Shown here in pieces: positions 45,181 through 54,601 of a stretch of DNA of 64,000 nucleotides. The stretch is from Patescibacteria group bacterium (GTDB taxonomy: Bacteria > Patescibacteriota > Patescibacteriia > Patescibacteriales > UBA12465), in NCBI GenBank assembly GCA_016938835.1, contig JAFGTW010000037.1, positions 9,918-73,917 on the forward strand, written 5' to 3'. The notes under the pieces were generated by a model, which saw nothing but the letters and a program-made list of their open reading frames with translations, ran no database searches and was not told the DNA's origin. Both the position numbers and the translations under genes were made by a program. Position 1 is the first letter of the stretch; every line of letters begins with the position of its first letter.

Positions 45181-47139
45181 ATGTCAGTTACTAAAAAATC
45201 CAAGTTAAAAAAAATAGTCAAACCATCTGCCTTTTTAGAGCGACCATTGCCAAATGAAGAAGAAGTTGATCGTTTCGAGAGGGCAATCAGAAAGGAAATA
45301 ATAACTGAGGAAATGGACAGTCATTTATCTGCTATTTATCATGATAATAAGGGGAATTTAGTTGATGTTAGTAAAGTTAAAAAACGAAAGCGCCTGAGGT
45401 TAATTGTGTTATTTAAACAAATTTTTGTGTTGACTATTTTTGTTTGCGGTGCTTATGGTGCTTATTATTATTATTTTAATCGTCCTGCTGGCACGGATAA
45501 TATTATTTTAAATATTCAAGCTCCAGATAAAGTTTTAGTTGGCGAAACAGTCGTTTATGATATAAATTACACGAATAATAGCGGAATATCTTTGTCAGAT
45601 GTTAAATTGGAATTAATTTTACCAGCTAGTTTTGTTCATATTGATAGTGTGCCTCCAAGTAATGGTATTAATTCTTGGTCCTTAGAAACTCTAGAGCCGG
45701 GGGCTTCAGGTGTTGTAACCGTTAATGGTTATCTTGTGGCTCCAGTAGATTCAGCTAATGTTATTACGGCTAAATTAAATTATATCCCAGCTAATTTTTC
45801 TAGTGAATTTAAAAAAGAAAGTACTGCTAATACTGTTATTTCCGGTATCGGTTTTAATGTCTCATTAGATTATTTAAATATGGCATTGGTGGGACAAAAA
45901 AATGAACTTAAGCTTAATTTTGATAATTTTAAAAATAATAATTTAGCTGAATACTATTTAGAGATAATTGCTTCGGATAATTTTAAAATTAAAAATTTAG
46001 ATTTAGGTACTACTAATAAATTGCCTTTGACAGAAATTGAAAATGTAGGTGAGAGAAAATGGCTGATAAGTGGATTGCCTTATGACTCAGAGGAAAAATT
46101 ATTAGTACCAATTGATTTTAGTTTAGAATCAAAAAATCAAGATCGGGAAGATTTCAGTATTCGTTTGTATAAAAAAGAAGCCGGTGGTCGTGATTTAGTG
46201 TTTTGGGAAAAGACTATCTCTTTTGAAATAATGAAAAGCGATTTAAATATCGGCCTCTCTCTTAATGGTGAAAAAAGTGATCAGACCATTAATTTCGGCG
46301 ATAAATTAAATTACAATTTATCCTATTCTAATAATGGTGATGCTACTATTTATGATTTAGTTTTAATGGCAATTATTAAGGGTGATTTTGTCGACTGGTC
46401 AGCACTAGAAGATGCTCATAATGGTAGTTTATCTGGTAATGCTATTATGTGGACCAAAGAAGAACTTCCTGCTTTGGCTGAATTAGCGCCTGGCCAAACA
46501 GGCAATCTTGATTTTTCTTTAGCGGTTAAAAATTTTTCCATTAATGATTTAGGGATAGATACTTATATTAATAGTTATGCTCAATATAGTTTAAATAATA
46601 ACAAAGATGAGATAAGTGAAGATAATCGTAGTAATACTATTAAAACTGAAATTAATAGTGATTTGCTTTTGGTTGATAAGTTCCTATATTTTAATGAAGA
46701 TAACGTGCCTGTTGGCTCTGGACCATTGCCACCAAAAGTAAACGAAGAAACAAAAATTCGCGTTTATTTAACAGTTAAAAATAATTTGCATGATTTAAGT
46801 CAGGTAGAGGTTACGCTAGATTTACCTCCAGGGGTAGATTGGTCAGATAATGATAGTACTAATGTTGGCACAATTCAGTATGATCAGGCTAGACGTCAAG
46901 TTGTATGGCGTTTGGGCTTATTGCCGGTTGCTGTATATCGCGCTGATGCTGAATTTACTATTAGTATTACACCGAATGAGACTGATTATAATAAAATTTT
47001 AGTTATTTCTTCTGGTGGCGTGGTGAATGCTATTGATAAAGTTACTGGAGCTAGTTTAAGTATGCAAACAAAACCTAGGACAACTAAATTGGAAGATGAT
47101 GATATTGCTGGTCTTTCTAATAACGGTAGAGTTGAATAA
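45181..47139 (+). CDS. membrane-anchored cell-surface protein with three DUF11-type (conserved repeat domain) repeats
   Basis: TM anchor at about residue 75. Three about 100-aa repeats fit the DUF11/TIGR01451 pattern (for example YDINYTNNSGISLSDVKLELILPASF...LEPGASGVVTVNGYL). Confidence 0.5.
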   Translation: MSVTKKSKLKKIVKPSAFLERPLPNEEEVDRFERAIRKEIITEEMDSHLSAIYHDNKGNLVDVSKVKKRKRLRLIVLFKQIFVLTIFVCGAYGAYYYYFNRPAGTDNIILNIQAPDKVLVGETVVYDINYTNNSGISLSDVKLELILPASFVHIDSVPPSNGINSWSLETLEPGASGVVTVNGYLVAPVDSANVITAKLNYIPANFSSEFKKESTANTVISGIGFNVSLDYLNMALVGQKNELKLNFDNFKNNNLAEYYLEIIASDNFKIKNLDLGTTNKLPLTEIENVGERKWLISGLPYDSEEKLLVPIDFSLESKNQDREDFSIRLYKKEAGGRDLVFWEKTISFEIMKSDLNIGLSLNGEKSDQTINFGDKLNYNLSYSNNGDATIYDLVLMAIIKGDFVDWSALEDAHNGSLSGNAIMWTKEELPALAELAPGQTGNLDFSLAVKNFSINDLGIDTYINSYAQYSLNNNKDEISEDNRSNTIKTEINSDLLLVDKFLYFNEDNVPVGSGPLPPKVNEETKIRVYLTVKNNLHDLSQVEVTLDLPPGVDWSDNDSTNVGTIQYDQARRQVVWRLGLLPVAVYRADAEFTISITPNETDYNKILVISSGGVVNAIDKVTGASLSMQTKPRTTKLEDDDIAGLSNNGRVE

Positions 47140-47142
47140 GTT

Positions 47143-48291
47143 ATGTCAAAATATAAATTAAACAATAAAAATAATCGCCGTGGTATTATTAAAACGGCTC
47201 ATGGATCTTTGCTTACCCCCTTTTTTATGCCAGATGCCACTCGGGCTTACATTAAGGGTAATACTTCAGCTGATGTTCTTAGGGTAAAAACAGAGGCAAT
47301 GGTGGTGAATACTTTTCATTTATATTTACAACCAGGCAGAGAACTAATAAAAAAAGCAGGTGGTGTTCATGCTTTTATGGATTGGTCTAGGCCTTTATTG
47401 TCTGATTCAGGTGGTTTTCAGGTGTTTTCATTAATTCATCGTAGTCAGGGCTTGGGAAAAATTGATGATGATAAAGTTTCTTTTAAATCTCCGATTAACG
47501 GCTCTAAACATGAGTTAACGCCAGAAAAATCAATTCAAATTCAGTTTGACTTAGGGGTTGACATGATGGTATGTCTAGATGATTGTCCGCCTAATGATTG
47601 GCCCAAAGAAAAATTAGAGATAGCTGTGAAACGTAGTCTGAATTGGGCCGCTCGTTGTAAAGCGGAATATTTAAAACAAATTAAAAAAAGAAAAATTAGT
47701 CAAGATAAAAGGCCTTTATTATTTGCTGTTGTCCAGGGAGGTGATTATGATGACTTACGTCTTATTAGCGCTCAAAAATTAGTCTCCATTGGTTTTGATG
47801 GATATGGTTTTGGGGCGCGACCAGTGGATAAGGATGGAAATTTTTTGGCTAATACTTTATTTAAAACAGCTTCATATTTACCAGAAAATTCATTACGTTT
47901 TGCCCTTGGTATTGGTATGCCTGAAGATATCTATCGTTGCTATTTAATGGGTTGGGATATGTTTGATTGTGTTATTCCGACTCGTGAGGGTAGGCATGGT
48001 AAATTGTTTTTATTTAATAAGAATTTTAAAGGATTTAAAAAAATGCAGCCAAATACTAAACCTGTTAATAAATTTCCTAAATTTTATTATACTGTGAATA
48101 TTTCTAACGCTGCTTTTGCGACTGATTTTTCACCGATTAATCCTAATAGTGAGTTGGCAGAATTGCGTCAATATAGTAAAGCTTTTCTTCATCACTTATT
48201 TAGATTAAAAGAACCACTTGGACAGAAATTAGCTAGTTTAAATAATCTGGAATTTTATAATCTCTTCATGAAAGAACTTAGAAAAATGTAG
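47143..48291 (+). CDS. tgt: queuine tRNA-ribosyltransferase
   Basis: Strong block-wise similarity to bacterial Tgt: LLTPFFMPDAT, LSDSGGFQVFS (catalytic Asp), LDDCPP and DMFDCVIPTR (nucleophile Asp). The C-terminal YSKAFLHHL block is present, but the preceding CxCxxC zinc triad is absent. Confidence 0.9.
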   Translation: MSKYKLNNKNNRRGIIKTAHGSLLTPFFMPDATRAYIKGNTSADVLRVKTEAMVVNTFHLYLQPGRELIKKAGGVHAFMDWSRPLLSDSGGFQVFSLIHRSQGLGKIDDDKVSFKSPINGSKHELTPEKSIQIQFDLGVDMMVCLDDCPPNDWPKEKLEIAVKRSLNWAARCKAEYLKQIKKRKISQDKRPLLFAVVQGGDYDDLRLISAQKLVSIGFDGYGFGARPVDKDGNFLANTLFKTASYLPENSLRFALGIGMPEDIYRCYLMGWDMFDCVIPTREGRHGKLFLFNKNFKGFKKMQPNTKPVNKFPKFYYTVNISNAAFATDFSPINPNSELAELRQYSKAFLHHLFRLKEPLGQKLASLNNLEFYNLFMKELRKM

Positions 48292-48300
48292 TTAATATTA

Positions 48301-49350
48301 ATGAATATAAATTTTTATATGCTTACAAAAATAATTGCCACTATTGGCCCTAACACTGAATCAAACGAGAGTTTGCTGTCTTTATTCAAAGCTGGTGTTA
48401 ATATGTTGCGTGTTAATTTTTCTCATGCCAGTTACGAACAGTTTAAAAGAATAAAAAAAATAGTTGATCAATATAATTTAAGTGCTGATGAAAAGGTAAG
48501 TTTAATGCTTGATCTTCAAGGTCCTCGTATTCGTGTGGGCACAATGCCGGAGGGGGGAATTTTGATGCTTAAAGATGAGGTATATAATTTTACTTATTCC
48601 AAAAAAGCCTATGTTAAAAAAGGTGATATTGTCCCGATTGATAATTCAGAATTGTGTAAAGATATTAAAAAGGGAGAGATGCTCTTTTTATGCAATGGCG
48701 CGATTGAGTTTCGAGTATTAGCTGTAAAAAATAAAATAATTACCGCTAAGGTTATTAATGGTGGAGTTTTAAATTCGCGTAAAGCTATTAATGTGCCTGA
48801 TACCAATATGAAGAAGGGCGGCATGACTTCTAAGGACTTAAAGGACGCTGCTTTTGCTATTAAAAATGAGGCTGATTATATTGCTTTATCTTTTGTGCAG
48901 ACCGCTAACGATGTTTTACGTTTGCGTAAAATGTTAGGCAAGAAAAGTAAAATTAAAATTATTTCCAAGATAGAGAGGGGAATTGCACTAAAGAATATAG
49001 ATAAAATAATTAGTGCTTCTGATGTAATCATGGTGGCTCGCGGCGATTTAGGAATCGAAATTCCAATTGAAGATTTGCCAATTATTCAAAAAAATTTAGT
49101 TCGTCACACTCACTGGCATAACAAGCCAGTAATTATTGCTACTCAGGTAATGACCTCAATGATAAAAAATGCGCATCCTACTAGAGCTGAAATTTCTGAC
49201 ATTGCTAACGCGGTTTTTGATGGAGCGGATATGATTATGCTGTCCGATGAAACAGCTGTTGGGGATTTTCCGGTTGAGGCAGTCAAGATTTTAAAAAGAG
49301 TGATTAAACGTACTGAGGAAAATATCTATAAAACAAATATTATTAATTAA
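48301..49350 (+). CDS. pyk: pyruvate kinase, short form lacking the C-terminal regulatory domain
   Basis: PK barrel blocks (IIATIGP; MLRVNFSHA; LDLQGPRIRVG; MVARGDLGIE; MLSDETAVG). The protein ends right after the A domain at about 349 aa. Confidence 0.85.
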   Translation: MNINFYMLTKIIATIGPNTESNESLLSLFKAGVNMLRVNFSHASYEQFKRIKKIVDQYNLSADEKVSLMLDLQGPRIRVGTMPEGGILMLKDEVYNFTYSKKAYVKKGDIVPIDNSELCKDIKKGEMLFLCNGAIEFRVLAVKNKIITAKVINGGVLNSRKAINVPDTNMKKGGMTSKDLKDAAFAIKNEADYIALSFVQTANDVLRLRKMLGKKSKIKIISKIERGIALKNIDKIISASDVIMVARGDLGIEIPIEDLPIIQKNLVRHTHWHNKPVIIATQVMTSMIKNAHPTRAEISDIANAVFDGADMIMLSDETAVGDFPVEAVKILKRVIKRTEENIYKTNIIN

Positions 49351-49356
49351 AGTTAT

Positions 49357-50646
49357 ATGAAAATACAATCAATTAAGGCTTTAGAAATTTTGGATTCAAG
49401 AGGAATGCCAACGATATTAGCGGAAGTCATGCTAGAAAACGGCGTAAAGGCCTCAGCGGCTGTTCCTTCTGGAGCTTCCACTGGTAGTTATGAAGCGGTT
49501 GAATTAAGAGATAACGATAAAAATCGTTATAACGGGGCAGGGGTTTTGCAAGCTATTAATAATATAGAAAATATTATTGCGCCAGCATTAATTGGACAAG
49601 AAGTGGATGGTCAATCAGAAATTGATGCTGTCATGATTGCGCTTGATGATAGTCATAATAAGTCTAAAATTGGTGCTAATGCTATGTTAGCCGTTTCTTT
49701 GGCTTGCGCTAAAGCTGCCGCAGTTGATAGCAATCAACCTCTTTATCGGTATTTAAGTAAATTTAATACACAATTTAAGGATAAATATATATTACCATTA
49801 CCAATGATGAATGTTTTAAATGGTGGTAAACATGCAAACTGGGCCACTGATATTCAAGAGTACATGATTATTCCGGTGGGAGCTAAAAATCTAGCTGAGG
49901 CCATTAGAATGTGCGCTGAAATATATCAGTCTTTGAAGAAAATTTTGAAAGACAGACATTATTCTATTAGTGTCGGTGATGAAGGTGGTTTTGCTCCAGC
50001 TTTTAAAAATAATGAAGAACCTTTTCAAATTTTATCGGAGGCAGTCAAGGCTTCTGGTTATAAGCTTGGGCATGATATTTCTTTTGGCATTGATGCGGCT
50101 GCAACCGAATTTTATCAGGAGGGAGTTTACAATCTAAAAAAAGAAAATAAAAAATTAACTAGCCAGGAATTGATTGCTTTTTATAGCCAGTTAAGCGCCA
50201 ATTATCCTATTATTTCTTGGGAGGATGTTTTAGCGGAAGACGATTGGCAAGGTTTTCAAGAATTTACTCATACATTTACTACGAATGCGCAGATTGTCGG
50301 TGATGATTTATATGTGACTAACGTAGAGAGATTACAAAGAGGCATTGAAGAAAAAAGTAGCAATTCCATTTTAATTAAGCTTAATCAGATTGGCACTCTT
50401 AGTGAAACAATAGCGGCTATAAATTTAGCTAGAGAGAATGGCTTAACTAGCGTTATTTCTCATCGTAGTGGTGAGACTGAAGATACTTTTATTGCAGATC
50501 TTGTAGTAGCTATGGGCACAGGACAAATTAAAACGGGAGCTCCTTGTCGCAGTGAGAGAACGGCTAAGTATAATCGTCTATTGGTAATTGCGGCTGAGTT
50601 AGGAGATAAAGCGGAGCTTGCTAGTTTTCCTTTTAAATTGAAGTAA
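49357..50646 (+). CDS. eno: enolase (phosphopyruvate hydratase)
   Basis: N-terminal ALEILDSRG and C-terminal ISHRSGETEDTFIADL signature. Confidence 0.95.
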   Translation: MKIQSIKALEILDSRGMPTILAEVMLENGVKASAAVPSGASTGSYEAVELRDNDKNRYNGAGVLQAINNIENIIAPALIGQEVDGQSEIDAVMIALDDSHNKSKIGANAMLAVSLACAKAAAVDSNQPLYRYLSKFNTQFKDKYILPLPMMNVLNGGKHANWATDIQEYMIIPVGAKNLAEAIRMCAEIYQSLKKILKDRHYSISVGDEGGFAPAFKNNEEPFQILSEAVKASGYKLGHDISFGIDAAATEFYQEGVYNLKKENKKLTSQELIAFYSQLSANYPIISWEDVLAEDDWQGFQEFTHTFTTNAQIVGDDLYVTNVERLQRGIEEKSSNSILIKLNQIGTLSETIAAINLARENGLTSVISHRSGETEDTFIADLVVAMGTGQIKTGAPCRSERTAKYNRLLVIAAELGDKAELASFPFKLK

Positions 50647-50682
50647 TATTTTTATTGATAAATTTTATTTAAAAATTAGATT

Positions 50683-51783
50683 ATGAAATATATATTCTTT
50701 AGTCTTAATATATTTATGGCCTTGTTTGGGCATTTTTTAATGTTTCTAATTTGGCGTTATTTTTTTGCTTTAAATGGAGTTTATTTACAATTAACTTTAG
50801 CTTTTTTATTATTTTGTGGATTATTGCTTTTAGTTATAGCCCCCTTACTTGTTCATTGGCGGGATAATATTTTTAGTCGTGCTTTGTATGTTGTTGCTGG
50901 TCTGTGGGGTGGATTAATGTTGAATACTAGCTTAGTGGCATTTTTTTATTTTATTTTAAAATATTTTGACTTGGTGGCAATTATTGAAGATAATTTAAAT
51001 TATACATATTTATATATTAGTCTTATTCCTTTATTAATGCTCGTTTTTGAATTTTATTGTGCTCGTTTTATCAAAATTAAAAGACGTAGTATTAAGATTC
51101 CTAATTTGCCTGATTTTTGGCAGGGCAAGAAAATTATCCATTTGTCCGATGTTCATCTCGGTCCTGTTTGGCGTCAGAGATTTTTTGATGATATTATTAA
51201 TTTAGTTAACAAACAACAAGCTGATTTAATTTTTATTACTGGTGATTTATTTGATGGCATGGATGCTGATTTTTCTTGGTTTCATAGCCGTCAATTAATA
51301 GCTAATGTTGGTGTTTTTTATGCTTATGGTAACCACGATTTAATTTTAGGGGAGAATAAAATTAGTAAACTTTTAGCAAATTCAAATATTGAAATACTAG
51401 CTGATAGCATGAAAGAAATTGAAGGCTTGCAAGTTATGGGAATAAGCTGTTATTATAAGGGGCGCTTAGATGTAGTAAAAAAAATTAGCAAATTTAATGA
51501 TTATGACCGCACTAAGCCAAGTATTTTGATGTATCATGAACCTAAGGATATTAAAGCTTTTAGATCAGTTGGCATCAATGTTCAATTATCGGGGCATACT
51601 CACGGTGGACAAATGTTTCCTTTTAATTTAGTGGCTCATTTATTATATCGTGGTTTTGCCAGTGGCTTGTATAGATTAAAAGACTTTAATTTATCGGTTA
51701 CATCTGGCGCTGGTACTTGGGGTCCGCCTTTGCGTTTAGGTAGTTGTTCGGAGATAGTATTGATGGAATTACTTAAAGACTAA
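50683..51783 (+). CDS. membrane-anchored metallophosphoesterase (calcineurin-like)
   Basis: Four N-terminal TM helices, then phosphoesterase motifs: the His in SDVHLG, then GDLFDG, GNHD and GHTHGGQ. Confidence 0.8.
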   Translation: MKYIFFSLNIFMALFGHFLMFLIWRYFFALNGVYLQLTLAFLLFCGLLLLVIAPLLVHWRDNIFSRALYVVAGLWGGLMLNTSLVAFFYFILKYFDLVAIIEDNLNYTYLYISLIPLLMLVFEFYCARFIKIKRRSIKIPNLPDFWQGKKIIHLSDVHLGPVWRQRFFDDIINLVNKQQADLIFITGDLFDGMDADFSWFHSRQLIANVGVFYAYGNHDLILGENKISKLLANSNIEILADSMKEIEGLQVMGISCYYKGRLDVVKKISKFNDYDRTKPSILMYHEPKDIKAFRSVGINVQLSGHTHGGQMFPFNLVAHLLYRGFASGLYRLKDFNLSVTSGAGTWGPPLRLGSCSEIVLMELLKD

Positions 51784-51834
51784 AGTTTTATATAAAAAGG
51801 TAAAATTGTTTATCAATTATATCTTCAGGAAAAT

Positions 51835-52842
51835 ATGAATTTATCTAAATTATCGGAAATATTACAAGCAGAACCAAAATTTCGTTTTAAACAGGTTTAT
51901 CAGGCCCTTTATATTGATTTAGTGGATGATTGGCAACAAGTAAGTGTTCTGCCGTTAGCTTTACGTGAGCGCTTGAATATCGAATGTCCCCTGTCAATTG
52001 AGGCTGAATTACAAAAAGACACTACGGATAAACGTAGCGAAAAGGCAATGATATATTTTGATGATAAGGTGGCCGTGGAAACAGTTTTAATTCGTCAACG
52101 TAATCAACGTTATACTGTTTGCTTATCTTCACAGGCTGGCTGTGCTTTGGGCTGTGCTTTTTGTGCAACTGGCGCCGCTGGGTTTACCCGTAATTTAAGT
52201 GCTGAAGAAATTGTAGAGCAATTTTTTTTCTGGGCTCGTAGATTGCGTCGTGATCATGACATGGAAAAAATTGATAATATTGTTTTTATGGGCATGGGCG
52301 AGCCTTTTTTAAATTATAATGAATTTATAAAATCAGTTAAAATTTTACATGATCCAGAGAGATTTAATATTGGTTCACGTCGAATGTCAGTTTCTACGGC
52401 TGGTATTATTGAGGGAATTAAAAAATTATCTTCGGAGAAATTACAGATTAATTTGGCTATTTCTTTGCATGCGCCAGTCGATTCTTTACGAGAACAGTTA
52501 ATGCCAATCGGTAAAAAATATCCGATTGCCAAGATTTTAAAATCAGTTGATGAATATATTTCTAAAACGGGTCGTCGAGTGATGTTTGAATATATTATGA
52601 TCAAGAATGTTAATGATGATGATGACGATGCTAGAGCTCTAGCTGATTTAATGAGAAAGCCTTTATATTTGGTGAATTTAATACCATATAATACTACTGG
52701 TCGTTTTCAAGCTTCATCGGCAGCGCGAATTAATGCTTTTCAAGATAAATTAGAATCAATGGGTGTGGCCGTAACTCAGCGTCGTAGTCAGGGTCAGGGA
52801 ATTGGAGCGGCTTGCGGACAGTTGGCAGGAAAGAATAAATAG
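51835..52842 (+). CDS. rlmN: radical SAM 23S rRNA/tRNA adenine-C2 methyltransferase RlmN
   Basis: CxxxCxxC radical-SAM cluster motif (GCALGCAFCATG) and the RlmN-specific C-terminal Cys region (GAACGQL). Confidence 0.85.
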   Translation: MNLSKLSEILQAEPKFRFKQVYQALYIDLVDDWQQVSVLPLALRERLNIECPLSIEAELQKDTTDKRSEKAMIYFDDKVAVETVLIRQRNQRYTVCLSSQAGCALGCAFCATGAAGFTRNLSAEEIVEQFFFWARRLRRDHDMEKIDNIVFMGMGEPFLNYNEFIKSVKILHDPERFNIGSRRMSVSTAGIIEGIKKLSSEKLQINLAISLHAPVDSLREQLMPIGKKYPIAKILKSVDEYISKTGRRVMFEYIMIKNVNDDDDDARALADLMRKPLYLVNLIPYNTTGRFQASSAARINAFQDKLESMGVAVTQRRSQGQGIGAACGQLAGKNK

Positions 52843-52865
52843 TAAAATTAGGTTTTGTATATGAA

Positions 52866-52900
52866 AAAGCCGTTACTTGAATAGTATCGGCTTTCTTTTA
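52866..52900. terminator. bidirectional intrinsic terminator between rlmN and the convergent minus-strand gene
   Basis: aaagccg-(15 nt loop)-cggcttt stem flanked by an A-tract upstream and a T-rich tract downstream. Confidence 0.6.
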
Positions 52901-53782
52901 AGCAGAAAACTGCTTTATTTGATAAAAAATATAACTCAGTAATTCTTTATGAGACCTTTTTATTAGAGCTTCATATGGACTTTCTTCATTATTTTTAATG
53001 CCAAATATTTTATTGATATTAAGTTTGTTATTTGAGCCAATCCATGTTAACTCTTCGTTATTTTTTCTGTATTGTAGTACAAATAAAACTTCATTTAGTC
53101 TTAGTACTTCCTTTTGGAATTTACGTAAATTCAGCCAGGGGGATACATTGTCAAGGTAGGCATAGGCAACTTTTTCATTAGCAATTAATGGCAGGGTTTC
53201 AAAATTTACTTTTTTTAAAGCATTTTCAAGTGCATCGCTACATCTAGACTCGCTGTGATTAAAGGTAGTAATTTCTTTATTTTCCTTGCCATATAGAATT
53301 TCTATAGCAGCATCTTCGAATAATTGCCATAAACCAGTTAAATTATTTTGGTTTTCGAAAAAAGTTGTAGCAACGGCAAGAGATTTGCCGTAACGAGCTG
53401 CTAGTCTATTTTCTTTCCATTTTTCTGGATTTTGCATATCCTGTGCATGTTTCAAAAAGCCTGTTTCTTTCATAAAGTTTAATACTTTTTGTGTTTCCAC
53501 GTGAGAGTCATCATCCTGTATTTCCAGTGGATTTATAGAGCTAGGGATGGAATTAATTGCTAGATCTAGAAAAATGAACCAATCTTCAAAAATACTAAGA
53601 TCTATTCTTGAGCTGATTAAAACCATCTCATCATATTCTGTCCAAGCATCCCATAGGTTAGACATTTTTAATAAGGGTTTTATTTCTAGTCCTAAAGCTT
53701 TGCATGCTGCCATTATAAAAACTACATTCGGGTTAGATAATTGGCACAAGAATACTAGGTTCCTTTTTTTTGTTTCTTTCAT
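52898..53782 (-). CDS. hypothetical protein (294 aa)
   Basis: Long ORF on the opposite strand to its neighbours, with its own terminator and an upstream AT-rich region. No recognisable motif. Confidence 0.5.
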   Translation of the reverse strand: MKETKKRNLVFLCQLSNPNVVFIMAACKALGLEIKPLLKMSNLWDAWTEYDEMVLISSRIDLSIFEDWFIFLDLAINSIPSSINPLEIQDDDSHVETQKVLNFMKETGFLKHAQDMQNPEKWKENRLAARYGKSLAVATTFFENQNNLTGLWQLFEDAAIEILYGKENKEITTFNHSESRCSDALENALKKVNFETLPLIANEKVAYAYLDNVSPWLNLRKFQKEVLRLNEVLFVLQYRKNNEELTWIGSNNKLNINKIFGIKNNEESPYEALIKRSHKELLSYIFYQIKQFSA

Positions 53783-53952
53783 GGTTTGTCTTTTTTTATG
53801 AATGTACGAAAATTGATACGAATTAATTGACTTGCTTTAATTTAAATTAGCATAATATCCTTTTTATGTCAATTGCTATGGTATATTTAATAAGTTTATT
53901 CTTTTTTCTTTATTATTTGTTAAATATTAGCCAATTAGACCTCTTTTATAAT

Positions 53953-53961
53953 ATTTGCTAT
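53953..53961 (+). promoter_or_regulatory. extended -10 promoter (TGcTATAAT) for sod
   Basis: tgctataat lies about 40 nt upstream of ATG 53999. Confidence 0.4.
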
Positions 53962-53998
53962 AATAATAGACATGCTTTAATAAATTAATACTAAATAT

Positions 53999-54595
53999 AT
54001 GTTTAAACTTAGAACCTTGCCTTATGACTTAGAAGCATTAGAACCGTACATGTCGGCTAAGACCTTAGAATTTCATTATGGTAAACATCATCAAGCTTAC
54101 GTTGATAATCTTAATAAGTTAATTGAAGGTACGGAGATGGCTGAGATGGCGCTTGAGGATATTATTAGGTTAAGCAATAAACAAGAAGATAAGCAGTCTA
54201 TTTTTAATAATGCTGCTCAGGTATATAACCATGATATATTTTGGAATTGCTTGCGTCCAACATCTGCAAAAATGGAAGTTCCATCTGCTTTGTTAGAAAT
54301 GATTAATCGTGATTTTGGCTCATTAGAAAATATGTTGTCTGAATTTAAGGTAGCGGCCATGTCTCAGTTTGGCAGTGGCTGGGCTTGGTTAGTAAAAGAA
54401 GGTGATAAGTTAAAAATTATGAAGACTGCTAATGCTGATACTGCTTTTCTGTATGGAGTTACTCCGCTTTTAGCGCTTGATGTTTGGGAACATTCATATT
54501 ATTTAGATTATCAAAATCGTCGCGCTGATTTTGTTAGTGCTATTTTCGATAATTTGCTTAATTGGGACTTTGCCGCTAAAAATGCTGGTCTATAA
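53999..54595 (+). CDS. sod: Fe/Mn superoxide dismutase
   Basis: LPYDLEALEPYMSAKTLEFHYGKHHQAYV N-terminal signature and the C-terminal DVWEHSYYLDYQN metal-ligand block. Confidence 0.9.
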   Translation: MFKLRTLPYDLEALEPYMSAKTLEFHYGKHHQAYVDNLNKLIEGTEMAEMALEDIIRLSNKQEDKQSIFNNAAQVYNHDIFWNCLRPTSAKMEVPSALLEMINRDFGSLENMLSEFKVAAMSQFGSGWAWLVKEGDKLKIMKTANADTAFLYGVTPLLALDVWEHSYYLDYQNRRADFVSAIFDNLLNWDFAAKNAGL

Positions 54596-54601
54596 TTTTT
54601 T

